From: a virus
Taxonomy: Duplodnaviria; Caudoviricetes
Direction: 5' to 3' (one strand)
Virus record (IMG/VR): IMGVR_UViG_3300015050_000788
Location: 1-28,368 of that record
Length of the DNA stretch: 28,368 nt
Every line of letters starts with the position of its first letter. Within the stretch, counting starts at the first letter, position 1. A model generated the notes under the pieces. It searched no databases. It saw only the letters and a program-made list of their open reading frames with translations, and was not told the DNA's origin. The position numbers were made by a program, and so were the translations under genes. This document shows positions 9,012 to 16,890 of this stretch, piece by piece.

Positions 9012-10827
9012 TTCCTTGGATGAGGGGTAGGACCTGGGCGGAGTATGGCGCGAATTCTGGGGTGAGGTTGCCGGATTCATCGGTTACTGCTTCCTTGAGG
9101 AGTGCTGTTTTCTGCTGGTTAATCGCTTCGTTGTTTGCTTGTCCTTGTTGGAACGCAGCGATATAGGCGTTCGCGGCGCTGGGATAACGAAGGCGTAGAT
9201 AATCAGCTAAGAAGATTGGCGCGACTGGAGTGTTTTGAATGATTGGCCAATCTTGCTGCATGTTGGCGATTGTCTGCTGTTTCTCAACGAAGTCAGTGTC
9301 GCCCGCGGACTTGATGTTGAACGGGATTGAGATTAAGGCTACATCGTTTGTGCCTTCTTGTGTCGGACAGAATGTAATAAGTCCGCGGATTGCTTGCGAC
9401 TGAACGATACGCCACGCCGCGGAAAACACCGCGCGGAAGGAGATCGACATCATGAGCGTTTCAGACGAGTTGATCTGAGATTGCTGCTGCGTTGAGGCGT
9501 TAATCTCAGTCGCGGTCTTGCGCGAGTCTTCTCGATTCTGAACGGCCCAGGCAATTGAATTGTTCTGGACTGCGTTGAGTGTTTGCAGGTCTTGGACAAC
9601 GCGCGAGAGCGATGCGTCTGGCGCGGGCGGATGAAAGAACTCCATCTTTCGATCCCAGATCTGACCGCGCTGAACTTTAAACGCAAGTTGCTTAGGCGCA
9701 CCGGACTTGTCGAACGCGTCGCCCGCGGGGCTTGCCATGACCTGAGAGGTCAGCTGAGACTGATTGACGATCGAAGAGAAGATCGTACAAGCTGCTTCTT
9801 GAATCGCGAGGTCCGCTGAGGCCGCGCCGACTGTGCGCGAGATGCGTTGATCTTCTGTGATTGTCCGACGGAGCGGATAGAACGGATAGTTTGTTTCCTC
9901 TGACGGAATCCACGACTCGACCATCTGCGGCTCGAAGCTGCCCGGCGGCGTCACTAGCTCTTCTTTCTTCTCATCTACGCCGTTGTAGAATAGCGTCGGC
10001 GTGGTAAGATAGTGGTCGATGTCCGTTGCGTACCAAGTTGTCCAGACAACGCCGTCTTCCTTAAAGAAGATCCGATAGATGCACGCGTCCTGTGTGTACT
10101 CGTTTACGTCCGCGGAGTCTGAGAAGGTGTACGCGGACGAGGACTGGAGCGTTGCGATCTTTTCGCGTAGTTGTAGAACGTCGCGTTTGTTGAACTTGAA
10201 CTCTTTCGCGAGGCGCGTAAGAGAGACTAGTGTTAAGGGGATTCGTTTGGCTACGAGCTTGGAGTCCTGGATTGTGTGAACTGAAAGATCAAAGAGCAAG
10301 TTTGCGCGGCCGACGTGATTGACGCTGACGTGTCCGGGCCGATCTTCTTCGGGCGTGTAAAGAACTTCGAACCAATCGTATCCTACGAACTCCGCGCCGT
10401 CCATGCACTCGATGTAAGGAATTTCCCAGTCGGTGTAAGTCATTACGCGCCAGAATTCACTCTCGACGCGCGCGGTGTCGGGCGGCGGCGCGCCAGGTAA
10501 CATCAACTTCGGTTCGAAGACTGCGAGCCGATTAGCCGACTTAAGATATTGCATCTTAGTCGGTAGCTTTTGGTTAATGTTTGTATCAATGATGCGAACA
10601 GGAATGTACGTCTCGTTCGCTTCAAGCTGCCCGGACTGACGCATTGTCTCCACGTCAATCTCAAGTCGGCGAAGCTGACGCGCGGAGATTTGGTCGAGTT
10701 GAACGTCAGTGCTGAATCCGGTGTTCAGCTGTGCAAAGGTCTCTTGAAAGACTTTGAAATCCTTCAGAGATTTTGTCACCTGAGAGTTCTCGACTTCTGC
10801 CGTTGTGACTGGCTGTGGAGTATCCAT
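8977..10827 (-). CDS. Portal protein
   Basis: 616 aa, follows terL; RKTATEINA motif resembles the TATE motif of podoviral portals; Gln-rich helical C-terminus. Confidence 0.8.
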   Translation of the reverse strand: MDTPQPVTTAEVENSQVTKSLKDFKVFQETFAQLNTGFSTDVQLDQISARQLRRLEIDVETMRQSGQLEANETYIPVRIIDTNINQKLPTKMQYLKSANRLAVFEPKLMLPGAPPPDTARVESEFWRVMTYTDWEIPYIECMDGAEFVGYDWFEVLYTPEEDRPGHVSVNHVGRANLLFDLSVHTIQDSKLVAKRIPLTLVSLTRLAKEFKFNKRDVLQLREKIATLQSSSAYTFSDSADVNEYTQDACIYRIFFKEDGVVWTTWYATDIDHYLTTPTLFYNGVDEKKEELVTPPGSFEPQMVESWIPSEETNYPFYPLRRTITEDQRISRTVGAASADLAIQEAACTIFSSIVNQSQLTSQVMASPAGDAFDKSGAPKQLAFKVQRGQIWDRKMEFFHPPAPDASLSRVVQDLQTLNAVQNNSIAWAVQNREDSRKTATEINASTQQQSQINSSETLMMSISFRAVFSAAWRIVQSQAIRGLITFCPTQEGTNDVALISIPFNIKSAGDTDFVEKQQTIANMQQDWPIIQNTPVAPIFLADYLRLRYPSAANAYIAAFQQGQANNEAINQQKTALLKEAVTDESGNLTPEFAPYSAQVLPLIQGNDAAGTVAQAS

Positions 10828-11081
10828 TAGAGTTCCTCGGAATCTTCGCGATCGCCGTATCCGCCGCCGAGCATGGACTTCTTCGGTTCGATTTCGATCT
10901 CGATCTCGGGACCTTCATCCATTTCGCCGGGCTCGGTTGGAACGGAGTCATCTAGCTTGGTGCGCAGATAGGAACATTCTTCAGGAGATAGTTTCTCGCA
11001 GAAGTTATCCAGCCACGACATATCGGACTTTTCCGACATTTCAGGTTTCGTCATTTTATCTTCACGTTTAGGAGGGAACAT
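10827..11081 (-). CDS. Small acidic hypothetical protein
   Basis: 84-aa Glu-rich ORF, TAATG-coupled to portal. Confidence 0.6.
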   Translation of the reverse strand: MFPPKREDKMTKPEMSEKSDMSWLDNFCEKLSPEECSYLRTKLDDSVPTEPGEMDEGPEIEIEIEPKKSMLGGGYGDREDSEEL

Positions 11082-12841
11082 AGTAATCCTGCTACGCGGC
11101 CTGGTTGTCCGATGTTAGCGCGGCCGCGACGCTGCTCGGGATTGAATTGTCGGTTGTGGATTATGGACTGGGCCGCTTCATAGGAAAGCGGGGAAAGTTT
11201 GGTTTGTCGGTTTTCTTTTTCTTGTTCGGCTTCGAGGCCGGCATAGAAGTCATCGAAGTCGATCATGCTCCACGCCATGACTGCGGCATCGACGCGGTCG
11301 GGAGATTCGCCGCCGCGCGCGCGGACTTCTGACTTGGATTCGAGTTTCATCTTGCCGTTCGTGTAAGTGAAACGGCGATCAGTTAGCTGATCAATGAAAC
11401 GCTCGTCTTCGCGCGGCAAGACTAAGAGTTTATCTTCGACTAGACGTTTAAGCTTCTGCCAGAGCTCTGCGCCGCGATTAAGAAAGTAACGCTTGTCCTT
11501 CGCACCGCCGCCGAAATTGAACGCGTTGACTGGCCAGCCTGCATCGTGCAGGCGATGGATTATCGGTTTGCCCAACCCACCAGCGTCCGCTGCGATGAAC
11601 TCAGCTTGAAGCCCGTACTTGACAAAGATATCAATGAGGCGGAGATGGAGATTAGGTTCGTAGGTTTCTCGGAAAGGTTCTTGGGCGACTCTGTAGTTGC
11701 CTTGCCAGATCGAGACGACTGTTTCGTCTCCGCCGAGCGCGAGGTCGACGCCTGCGACGAGTGGGAGATCATAGGTTTTTCGCGGCGGATCGGTGTATTC
11801 AATGGATGATGGTTTGATTAGGATTTCGTCAGAGTCGTCGGAGGAGAACTCTGAGTTGACTACTGAGCGATAGATCGCGGAGTTTACTCCGAAGTCGCGG
11901 ATGATTTCCTTAACGCGAATGTCGTTCTCAATTAGATGCGGACAATCTTTGAGTTTGATTACGCGCGTATAGTTGACGCCAAGTCGCATTGCGTTCGGAT
12001 AACGAATGCCGTCGGGGGAGTTTGCGCGCCGATAGAAATGCCCCGAGCGAGTTCCTGACGAAGAGACTTCAATCCAATGTGTCCAGCTAGAGTAACGACT
12101 AAAGCCTGAGAACAGATCATCGTCAATGTTCTTGGCCTCGTTGATGATTACCGCGAAAAAGCGGCCGGGATTGGCGTGGAAACCTTCGGCGCGCCCGGCG
12201 GTGTTTGTTACGCGGAGTTTGAGAACTGAGTCTGTTTCAAGGCACGTAATGTGAAGATCTTTGACTTCGAAGATCTTCTTGCCCATTTTCTCGTTAATGA
12301 GTTCGGCGAGATTTCGGCAATGCTTAAAAGTTTGATCGCGGACCTGATCTTCTGTGAACGAAGTTCCGATGATTGTCGCGCGAATGTGGCAGGCTAAGCC
12401 CCAGAGAATAAACCCCGCGAGAATCGTTGCGTCTTTGCCTGAGCCATTCGTGGCGACTAGATTGTAAAGAACAGGTTCTTTTGAAGTCGGAACTGTCTGA
12501 ACGTCGTCAGGATACAACGGATGACTGTGTCCTGACAACCGCATGAGTTCTTCGATCTGCCACGGATAGAGATCGAAGTCTTCGTGAAAGAACAACATGA
12601 AATCCGCTGCGTTCTTGAATGGGAGCGGATTGTAAGTTTTGGAATAACCACTGGCAGTTCTTTCGACTACTTGAACAGTCTCGTCGTGTCCTCCCACGGG
12701 CGTCTCGCTCACCCGCTGTTCAAGAAGCAATCGCTCGTCGTCGCTGAGTTCTGCCAGTGGAATTTCTGTCTTCGTGGCGTTAACTCCTAACAGCCACGAA
12801 GAAAGCTCTGAGCCGCTGATGTTTCGCACGCCGGATTTCAT
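11051..12841 (-). CDS. terL: Terminase large subunit
   Basis: LYPWQ adenine-binding motif, Walker A-like ATNGSGKD, Walker B-like AVIINEAK, RNase H-fold nuclease motifs VAGVDLALGGDETV and ESPDRVDA. Confidence 0.9.
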   Translation of the reverse strand: MKSGVRNISGSELSSWLLGVNATKTEIPLAELSDDERLLLEQRVSETPVGGHDETVQVVERTASGYSKTYNPLPFKNAADFMLFFHEDFDLYPWQIEELMRLSGHSHPLYPDDVQTVPTSKEPVLYNLVATNGSGKDATILAGFILWGLACHIRATIIGTSFTEDQVRDQTFKHCRNLAELINEKMGKKIFEVKDLHITCLETDSVLKLRVTNTAGRAEGFHANPGRFFAVIINEAKNIDDDLFSGFSRYSSWTHWIEVSSSGTRSGHFYRRANSPDGIRYPNAMRLGVNYTRVIKLKDCPHLIENDIRVKEIIRDFGVNSAIYRSVVNSEFSSDDSDEILIKPSSIEYTDPPRKTYDLPLVAGVDLALGGDETVVSIWQGNYRVAQEPFRETYEPNLHLRLIDIFVKYGLQAEFIAADAGGLGKPIIHRLHDAGWPVNAFNFGGGAKDKRYFLNRGAELWQKLKRLVEDKLLVLPREDERFIDQLTDRRFTYTNGKMKLESKSEVRARGGESPDRVDAAVMAWSMIDFDDFYAGLEAEQEKENRQTKLSPLSYEAAQSIIHNRQFNPEQRRGRANIGQPGRVAGLLCSLLNVKIK

Positions 12842-13359
12842 GCGATAACGGGCGGCGCGGACAAGGTGGAAAGGGCCCCGGGGTTTTGGGCCGGGGTTTG
12901 GGAACGGGCCGGGGAGTTTTGGGCGGCGGGGCCGGGCCCGCTGGATGCTTCAATAATCTTTTCGGAAGCCTTACGCTTTTTCGCTTCAATGTCAACCATC
13001 GCTTGCTGAAGCATCATGATGTTGAAGCTAACGCCCGGCGGAGTTTTGGACTTTTCGTTCCGACCTTTTCCTTCTTCGATCAGGTAACGCAGCCCGCGCT
13101 CGCGAACGGACGGCGGGGTTTTCTCGGCGTTAAGGACTACTTCTTTGTAAGCTTGTACGAATATGTCCATCTCGTCCGCGCGGACGACTTCGTAGGCTTC
13201 AAGATTTCCGGCGGCCGCTTCTTTCAACCGATAGTTATGGTCTCCGCTCAACACGGTCTTAACTAGCGCAAGTTCTAACTCGTAGCCCTCAGCGATCTCT
13301 TCCGCAGACAACCCTTCGTTATAGGCTTGCTTGATTGAGCTGACGAGATTGGTTTGCAC
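12838..13359 (-). CDS. terS: Terminase small subunit (putative)
   Basis: Directly upstream of terL (ATGA overlap); N-terminal HTH-like GLSAEEIAEGYELELALVKTVL. Start moved to GTG 13359 because the track start (TTG 13389) lies inside a -24/-12 promoter motif. Confidence 0.6.
   Translation of the reverse strand: MQTNLVSSIKQAYNEGLSAEEIAEGYELELALVKTVLSGDHNYRLKEAAAGNLEAYEVVRADEMDIFVQAYKEVVLNAEKTPPSVRERGLRYLIEEGKGRNEKSKTPPGVSFNIMMLQQAMVDIEAKKRKASEKIIEASSGPGPAAQNSPARSQTPAQNPGALSTLSAPPVIA
12873..12936 (+). repeat. G-tract array (ten runs of 3-4 G), G-quadruplex-type motif
   Basis: GGGCCCCGGGGTTTTGGGCCGGGGTTTGGGAACGGGCCGGGGAGTTTTGGGCGGCGGGGCCGGG. Confidence 0.75.
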
Positions 13360-13372
13360 GACAAGGTCACCA

Positions 13373-13388
13373 AGCTTATGTCGTGCCA
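13373..13388 (-). promoter_or_regulatory. sigma54-type promoter of the virion operon
   Basis: Minus strand TGGCACGACATAAGCT, GG-N10-GC spacing; predicted +1 near 13362. Confidence 0.7.
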
Positions 13389-13426
13389 ACCGTCGGCGTT
13401 AAGGTTTGTGCCAAGTCGGCGTTAAG
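13383..13426. repeat. Tandem duplication GTGCCAA(CC)GTCGGCGTTAAG
   Basis: GTCGGCGTTAAG at 13392 and 13415, each preceded by GTGCCAA; degenerate third copy at 13430. Confidence 0.8.
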
Positions 13427-13735
13427 ATTGTTGGCGTGAATTGTAACTGAGTACAAAATTGTGAAAAAATTTTCTGGGGACTGTTGTTAGTCCCCGTTTC
13501 CGTTTCTGGGGAGGTCAGTCGAGAACCCTCCGTTTACGAGTGCGAATGTACGAATGTGAACTTGTTTACATGTGAGAAGGTGTTCTCAGAAGTAAGCGTT
13601 CACGGCGGAAAGGTGTTAGCTGTTGGACGCGGAGAAGTCTAGTATGTCTATCGGGATTGTCGATTAAGGTTCGCCGGGCGAAGTCGAATAGTGGCAAGAC
13701 CTTAATGCCTAAGAGTTTCCGGAAATTGTTCGGAC

Positions 13736-14016
13736 TATAAATAAAATATGTAATGGCTTCTAACTATCAAAATATAGTATATATATATATATATATAAGA
13801 TATATATAAAAAGTTACAGTTTTAGACCCTAAAACACCTCATTTTGGCTCTTTTTGGGTATAATTGAGGGTAAAACGAGGCTGAATAAGAGGGTTTTCTT
13901 GTTTAGAGTGTAACTAGTTACAGCCTGAAGGAGCGAAAAGAGGAAAAGTATATATGGATGGTCTTTAAAAACGTGCTTTTGCTTTATATACTGTAATAGA
14001 TTTAGTTACACTCCTA
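13736..14016. other. AT-rich intergenic tract with (TA)10 and AGTTACA boxes; candidate origin or genome-end region
   Basis: (TA)10 at 13778-13797; palindrome TGTAACTAGTTACA at 13909-13922; sits between the divergent arms. Confidence 0.45.
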
Positions 14017-14043
14017 GCCCAAACGGTGCGTGGAGACGCTAGA

Positions 14044-14112
14044 TGTCGGAAAAGCTTACAGTCTGTCGGAAAACTTTACGGCAAATTGCAAGAAAGCGTC
14101 GGTTTACTTTAC
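14044..14112 (+). repeat. Three direct repeats, candidate upstream activating sequence
   Basis: TGTCGGAAAAGCTTAC (14044), TGTCGGAAAACTTTAC (14064), CGTCGGTTTACTTTAC (14097). Confidence 0.7.
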
Positions 14113-14135
14113 ATGCGTTTTGCACGGGCGTTGAT

Positions 14136-14148
14136 CATCAAGGAGTTA
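14136..14148 (+). promoter_or_regulatory. IHF-like binding site
   Basis: CATCAAGGAGTTA versus consensus WATCARNNNNTTR (one mismatch), immediately upstream of a -24 box. Confidence 0.5.
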
Positions 14149-14153
14149 CAGCT

Positions 14154-14169
14154 TGGCATTGACGGTGCT
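14154..14169 (+). promoter_or_regulatory. sigma54-type promoter P1
   Basis: TGGCATTGACGGTGCT, GG-N10-GC; predicted +1 near 14180. Confidence 0.7.
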
Positions 14170-14179
14170 AGTTCTCAAT

Positions 14180-14508
14180 CGTTCATTACAAGCCGAGAAA
14201 GCTCGGACATGAGCCGCGCCAATCGCGGAAGGTTGCTAGCATGGCAGATGACTAGTGACGTATGGGATTTAAGCTTGACCCGCCCCGAAAGGGCGCACGA
14301 AGAACGGTAGGGTAATCGGAACCTGAACCTTGGGACCGGATCGTTGCAGAAGGTCAGCAAACATACGGCTACACTCCCGCAACGGTCTGAGCATACAGAA
14401 CGAGCCGAAAGGCTGGATAACGGTAGCCCGTTAGAACACAAGACGGAGGACAGAAGGCGTCTAATTAGCGCCCGGCAGAATTCACTGCCGGAACTATAGG
14501 AAACCTAT
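14180..14508 (+). ncRNA. Candidate large structured RNA or leader (about 330 nt)
   Basis: Near-continuous helices, two with GAAA-containing loops (CGCCC-CGAAA-GGGCG, AGCC-GAAA-GGCT), and a nested multibranch domain at 14212-14370. Confidence 0.65.
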
Positions 14509-14929
14509 GTATTCAATCGTCACTCCTGAAGTCTGTATTGCTGCGCTCGCCACACTCGCCCCAGAAGGCTGGTCTTTTGAAGACGTGCAACGGAAGACGC
14601 ACAACGTCATCCGCGACAGTCTCCGCGAAATTCAGTTCGCACAAAAGGCACGCAAGGACGGAGCGAAGCTTGTTCGGTTGAAAGTCAACCGCACCAAGTT
14701 CACCGCGAGCTACAGCACGGCGATGCAAGGCGACATCAAAAACGTCAAAGTGAAGATGTTAGACTTGCATGACTGGCTTTGGGATATTCATGAACTGACG
14801 GAGACTTGGGGTGAAGACTCCATCGAATCCGTCACTGTTCCCGATAGGTTGGCAGACTTCGCGAAGGCTATGTTTGTAGCCAAGGAAGCCAAAAACAAGG
14901 CTCCCGATGCGGAGACTGTCAACGCCTAA
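14507..14929 (+). CDS. Hypothetical early protein
   Basis: 140-aa ORF, ATG preceded by AGGA. Confidence 0.75.
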   Translation: MYSIVTPEVCIAALATLAPEGWSFEDVQRKTHNVIRDSLREIQFAQKARKDGAKLVRLKVNRTKFTASYSTAMQGDIKNVKVKMLDLHDWLWDIHELTETWGEDSIESVTVPDRLADFAKAMFVAKEAKNKAPDAETVNA

Positions 14930-14937
14930 GTAATCGC

Positions 14938-15239
14938 GCACTAGCGAGTTAAGTCTCGTTAGATGCCTTATGTCCTCAGTTACGTGTTCTCCGCGCCAAT
15001 CAAAGCGCGGTCTGCCATATAGTTAATCACAAATTGCAATCTCTTTGATTAGAGCCTTAGCAACGCTCTGAGATGTTATTTGTGTAGGGCTTAGGACGCT
15101 CTGTTAGCAAACCGATGGAACGCGATGAAGGGTGTATTACCCATTAGCGAAGTCTACCGGATAACAGTAACAGAACCGTATCCCTCTTTTGCGCAGTCGG
15201 CTAAGGACAGACGTGTTCTGTCTTTTTTGACTGCGTAAA
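14938..15239 (+). ncRNA. Candidate structured RNA (about 300 nt)
   Basis: Helices CTAGCGAG/CTCGTTAG, GTCCT/AGGAC, CCGCGC/GCGCGG, CACAAAT/ATTTGTG, ATCTC/GAGAT, AGAGC/GCTCT, TCTGTTA/TAACAGA and a long closing hairpin at 15188-15239; no ORF in the track. Confidence 0.6.
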
Positions 15240-15342
15240 CAAGCTAGTGGAAACGATACCGTTCGAAGTGTAATAGCCGCCGCGCGCAGCGCGGTGGAGA
15301 CTAAGCTCCTCAATTCGTTACCATAAGTGAAAGGTAATTACT

Positions 15343-15573
15343 ATGTCCAAAACCTACGGTAAATACGCATTCTATGCGACGCCCACCGCGCAAACAGTCA
15401 CCGCGCAGACGGCCCATGCCGCGAGGGCGCACGTAAACATTGTCCGTCCATTGAGCAAAAGGACCGCGAAGCACGACAAGCTAGCAGTACGAGCGGCGCG
15501 AGACGGAATTAAACCATTTAAGGCTCCTGATTACGCCGCGCGGAATGCTGGATTGGTTGGGACGATACATTAA
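15343..15573 (+). CDS. Small basic hypothetical protein
   Basis: 76-aa ORF with AAAGGT upstream. Confidence 0.6.
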   Translation: MSKTYGKYAFYATPTAQTVTAQTAHAARAHVNIVRPLSKRTAKHDKLAVRAARDGIKPFKAPDYAARNAGLVGTIH

Positions 15574-15579
15574 GGTCTT

Positions 15580-15654
15580 ATGAAGAACGTAGTTGAGTGT
15601 ATTGGTGTTATCGTTACCTTTGGAATGGCCTTGTTCTTGTTGTTCTTTGTTTGA
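15580..15654 (+). CDS. 24-aa hydrophobic peptide
   Basis: MKNVVECIGVIVTFGMALFLLFFV fills the gap between the previous stop and promoter P2. Confidence 0.4.
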   Translation: MKNVVECIGVIVTFGMALFLLFFV

Positions 15655-15669
15655 GGCACAAAGGTTGCT
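15654..15669 (+). promoter_or_regulatory. sigma54-type promoter P2
   Basis: AGGCACAAAGGTTGCT. Confidence 0.75.
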
Positions 15670-15743
15670 ACTGGCTTGTTGGCTAACGGGATCATGGACA
15701 AGGCCGCGGATGCGGCCTGGCTAGTGATGCCCCGCGCCATTCT

Positions 15744-16046
15744 ATGAACGCACAACAAGCTATTCAACACATCCAATCAAAACTCATGTCAAACGATCCA
15801 TTAGCTAGTTTGACCTGTCGCCACTGGGCAATTGTCTTTTATTGTCACAAAGATAAGCTAATCAAAACGTATGACGCCTCCGACCCGTTGCGCGGTGTTA
15901 AAGCCTTGCAAAAGGCACATCCGGATTTGGAGTATTTGGAACTATTGCCTTGTTCTAACTCCGCCGCCGCAAACGAATATGTTAAAGCTTGTACACTTTA
16001 TGGGAAGATTTACAACGCGTGCATTGATAAGCTAGAAACTAAATGA
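15744..16046 (+). CDS. Hypothetical protein, probable paralogue of 17623-17937
   Basis: Gapless alignment by eye sharing FY...D.....YD.........A.....P. Confidence 0.7.
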   Translation: MNAQQAIQHIQSKLMSNDPLASLTCRHWAIVFYCHKDKLIKTYDASDPLRGVKALQKAHPDLEYLELLPCSNSAAANEYVKACTLYGKIYNACIDKLETK

Positions 16047-16102
16047 CGCGTGCCAGCCGGGCGGCATCCGCCGCCCAAACCAATTAGCCATGTAGCCACG
16101 TA

Positions 16103-16126
16103 GCCACTCTCCGGAGTGGCCTTTTT
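16103..16126 (+). terminator. Intrinsic terminator-like hairpin
   Basis: GCCACTC-TCCG-GAGTGGC followed by CTTTTT. Confidence 0.6.
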
Positions 16127-16546
16127 ATGCAAACCTTCCTCCCGTTCGCGAACTTTACCAACTCCGCGCGAGTCCTAGATACCCAGCGACTCGGTAAACA
16201 GCGCGTCGAAAACTTACAGATACTATCCGCCCTAATCTTCCCGTCCTACGGCTGGCAAGCACATCCGGCGGTCAACATCTGGCGCGGACACGGACAGGCA
16301 CTACTCGATTACCACGAAGCCATCTGTGCCGAATGGACTCGGCGCGGTTACAAGGACACTTGTTTAACCAAGTTCAAAGCTCTTCTCGCCGGACGGACAT
16401 TCCTTTCCGACAAACTTCCGTCCATTATCGGCCATGAACCATTTCACGCGTCGCACCGCGCGGCCTTACTACACAAAAACTTCAAACATTACTCCACCTT
16501 TGGTTGGACTGAAATCCCTCAACTTAACTACGTTTGGAAATTATGA
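16127..16546 (+). CDS. Pyrimidine-dimer DNA glycosylase-like protein (MSMEG_6728 / Pyr_excise family)
   Basis: MQTFLP...SARVLD..RLGKQRVE..QIL...W..HPAV..WRGH...H.SHRA.LL.K...Y signature. Confidence 0.85.
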   Translation: MQTFLPFANFTNSARVLDTQRLGKQRVENLQILSALIFPSYGWQAHPAVNIWRGHGQALLDYHEAICAEWTRRGYKDTCLTKFKALLAGRTFLSDKLPSIIGHEPFHASHRAALLHKNFKHYSTFGWTEIPQLNYVWKL

Positions 16547-16737
16547 ACATCCTCAACCAACAAAACACGCCCGGGATTGTGGCGTTGATACCGCTCGGAC
16601 GAAACCTCATTAAGCTCGCCACTCAGTGCCGCTTAGTTCTATGCAAAGGTGCCGGGCGCGTTGACTACTGGCCCGTGTACGAAAAGGTAACCGTCTTGAC
16701 TCGTGAAGAAGTCGGACAAGAACTTGGTGGTAACTAG
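16543..16737 (+). CDS. Hypothetical protein
   Basis: ATGA-coupled start at 16543. Confidence 0.55.
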   Translation: MNILNQQNTPGIVALIPLGRNLIKLATQCRLVLCKGAGRVDYWPVYEKVTVLTREEVGQELGGN

Positions 16738-16751
16738 GCACAGAGCCTGCT
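16736..16751 (+). promoter_or_regulatory. sigma54-type promoter P3 (upstream of the RNA cluster)
   Basis: AGGCACAGAGCCTGCT. Confidence 0.75.
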
Positions 16752-16782
16752 AATCAAACCTCGCCGCGCGGGTTAATGCGCA

Positions 16783-16890
16783 GATGTTCAATAGAGACGG
16801 TGAGAACTAGCGAGACGCGAGCCTAGATCAAGGTGGTCGCGATATACCTCGAAAAGGATCCTTACTAGCTCACCGTTTCTATTGAGCATC
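16783..16890 (+). ncRNA. Long rod-like hairpin RNA
   Basis: 22-bp stem 16783-16804 / 16869-16890 (two G-U pairs) plus inner CTAG/CTAG, CGAG/CTCG and GCGA/TCGC. Confidence 0.65.

Noticed and set aside
14026-14441. ORFs 14026-14310 (+) and 14175-14441 (-)
   Set aside because: They overlap the promoter and structured RNA, have non-ATG starts and no coupling to neighbours.
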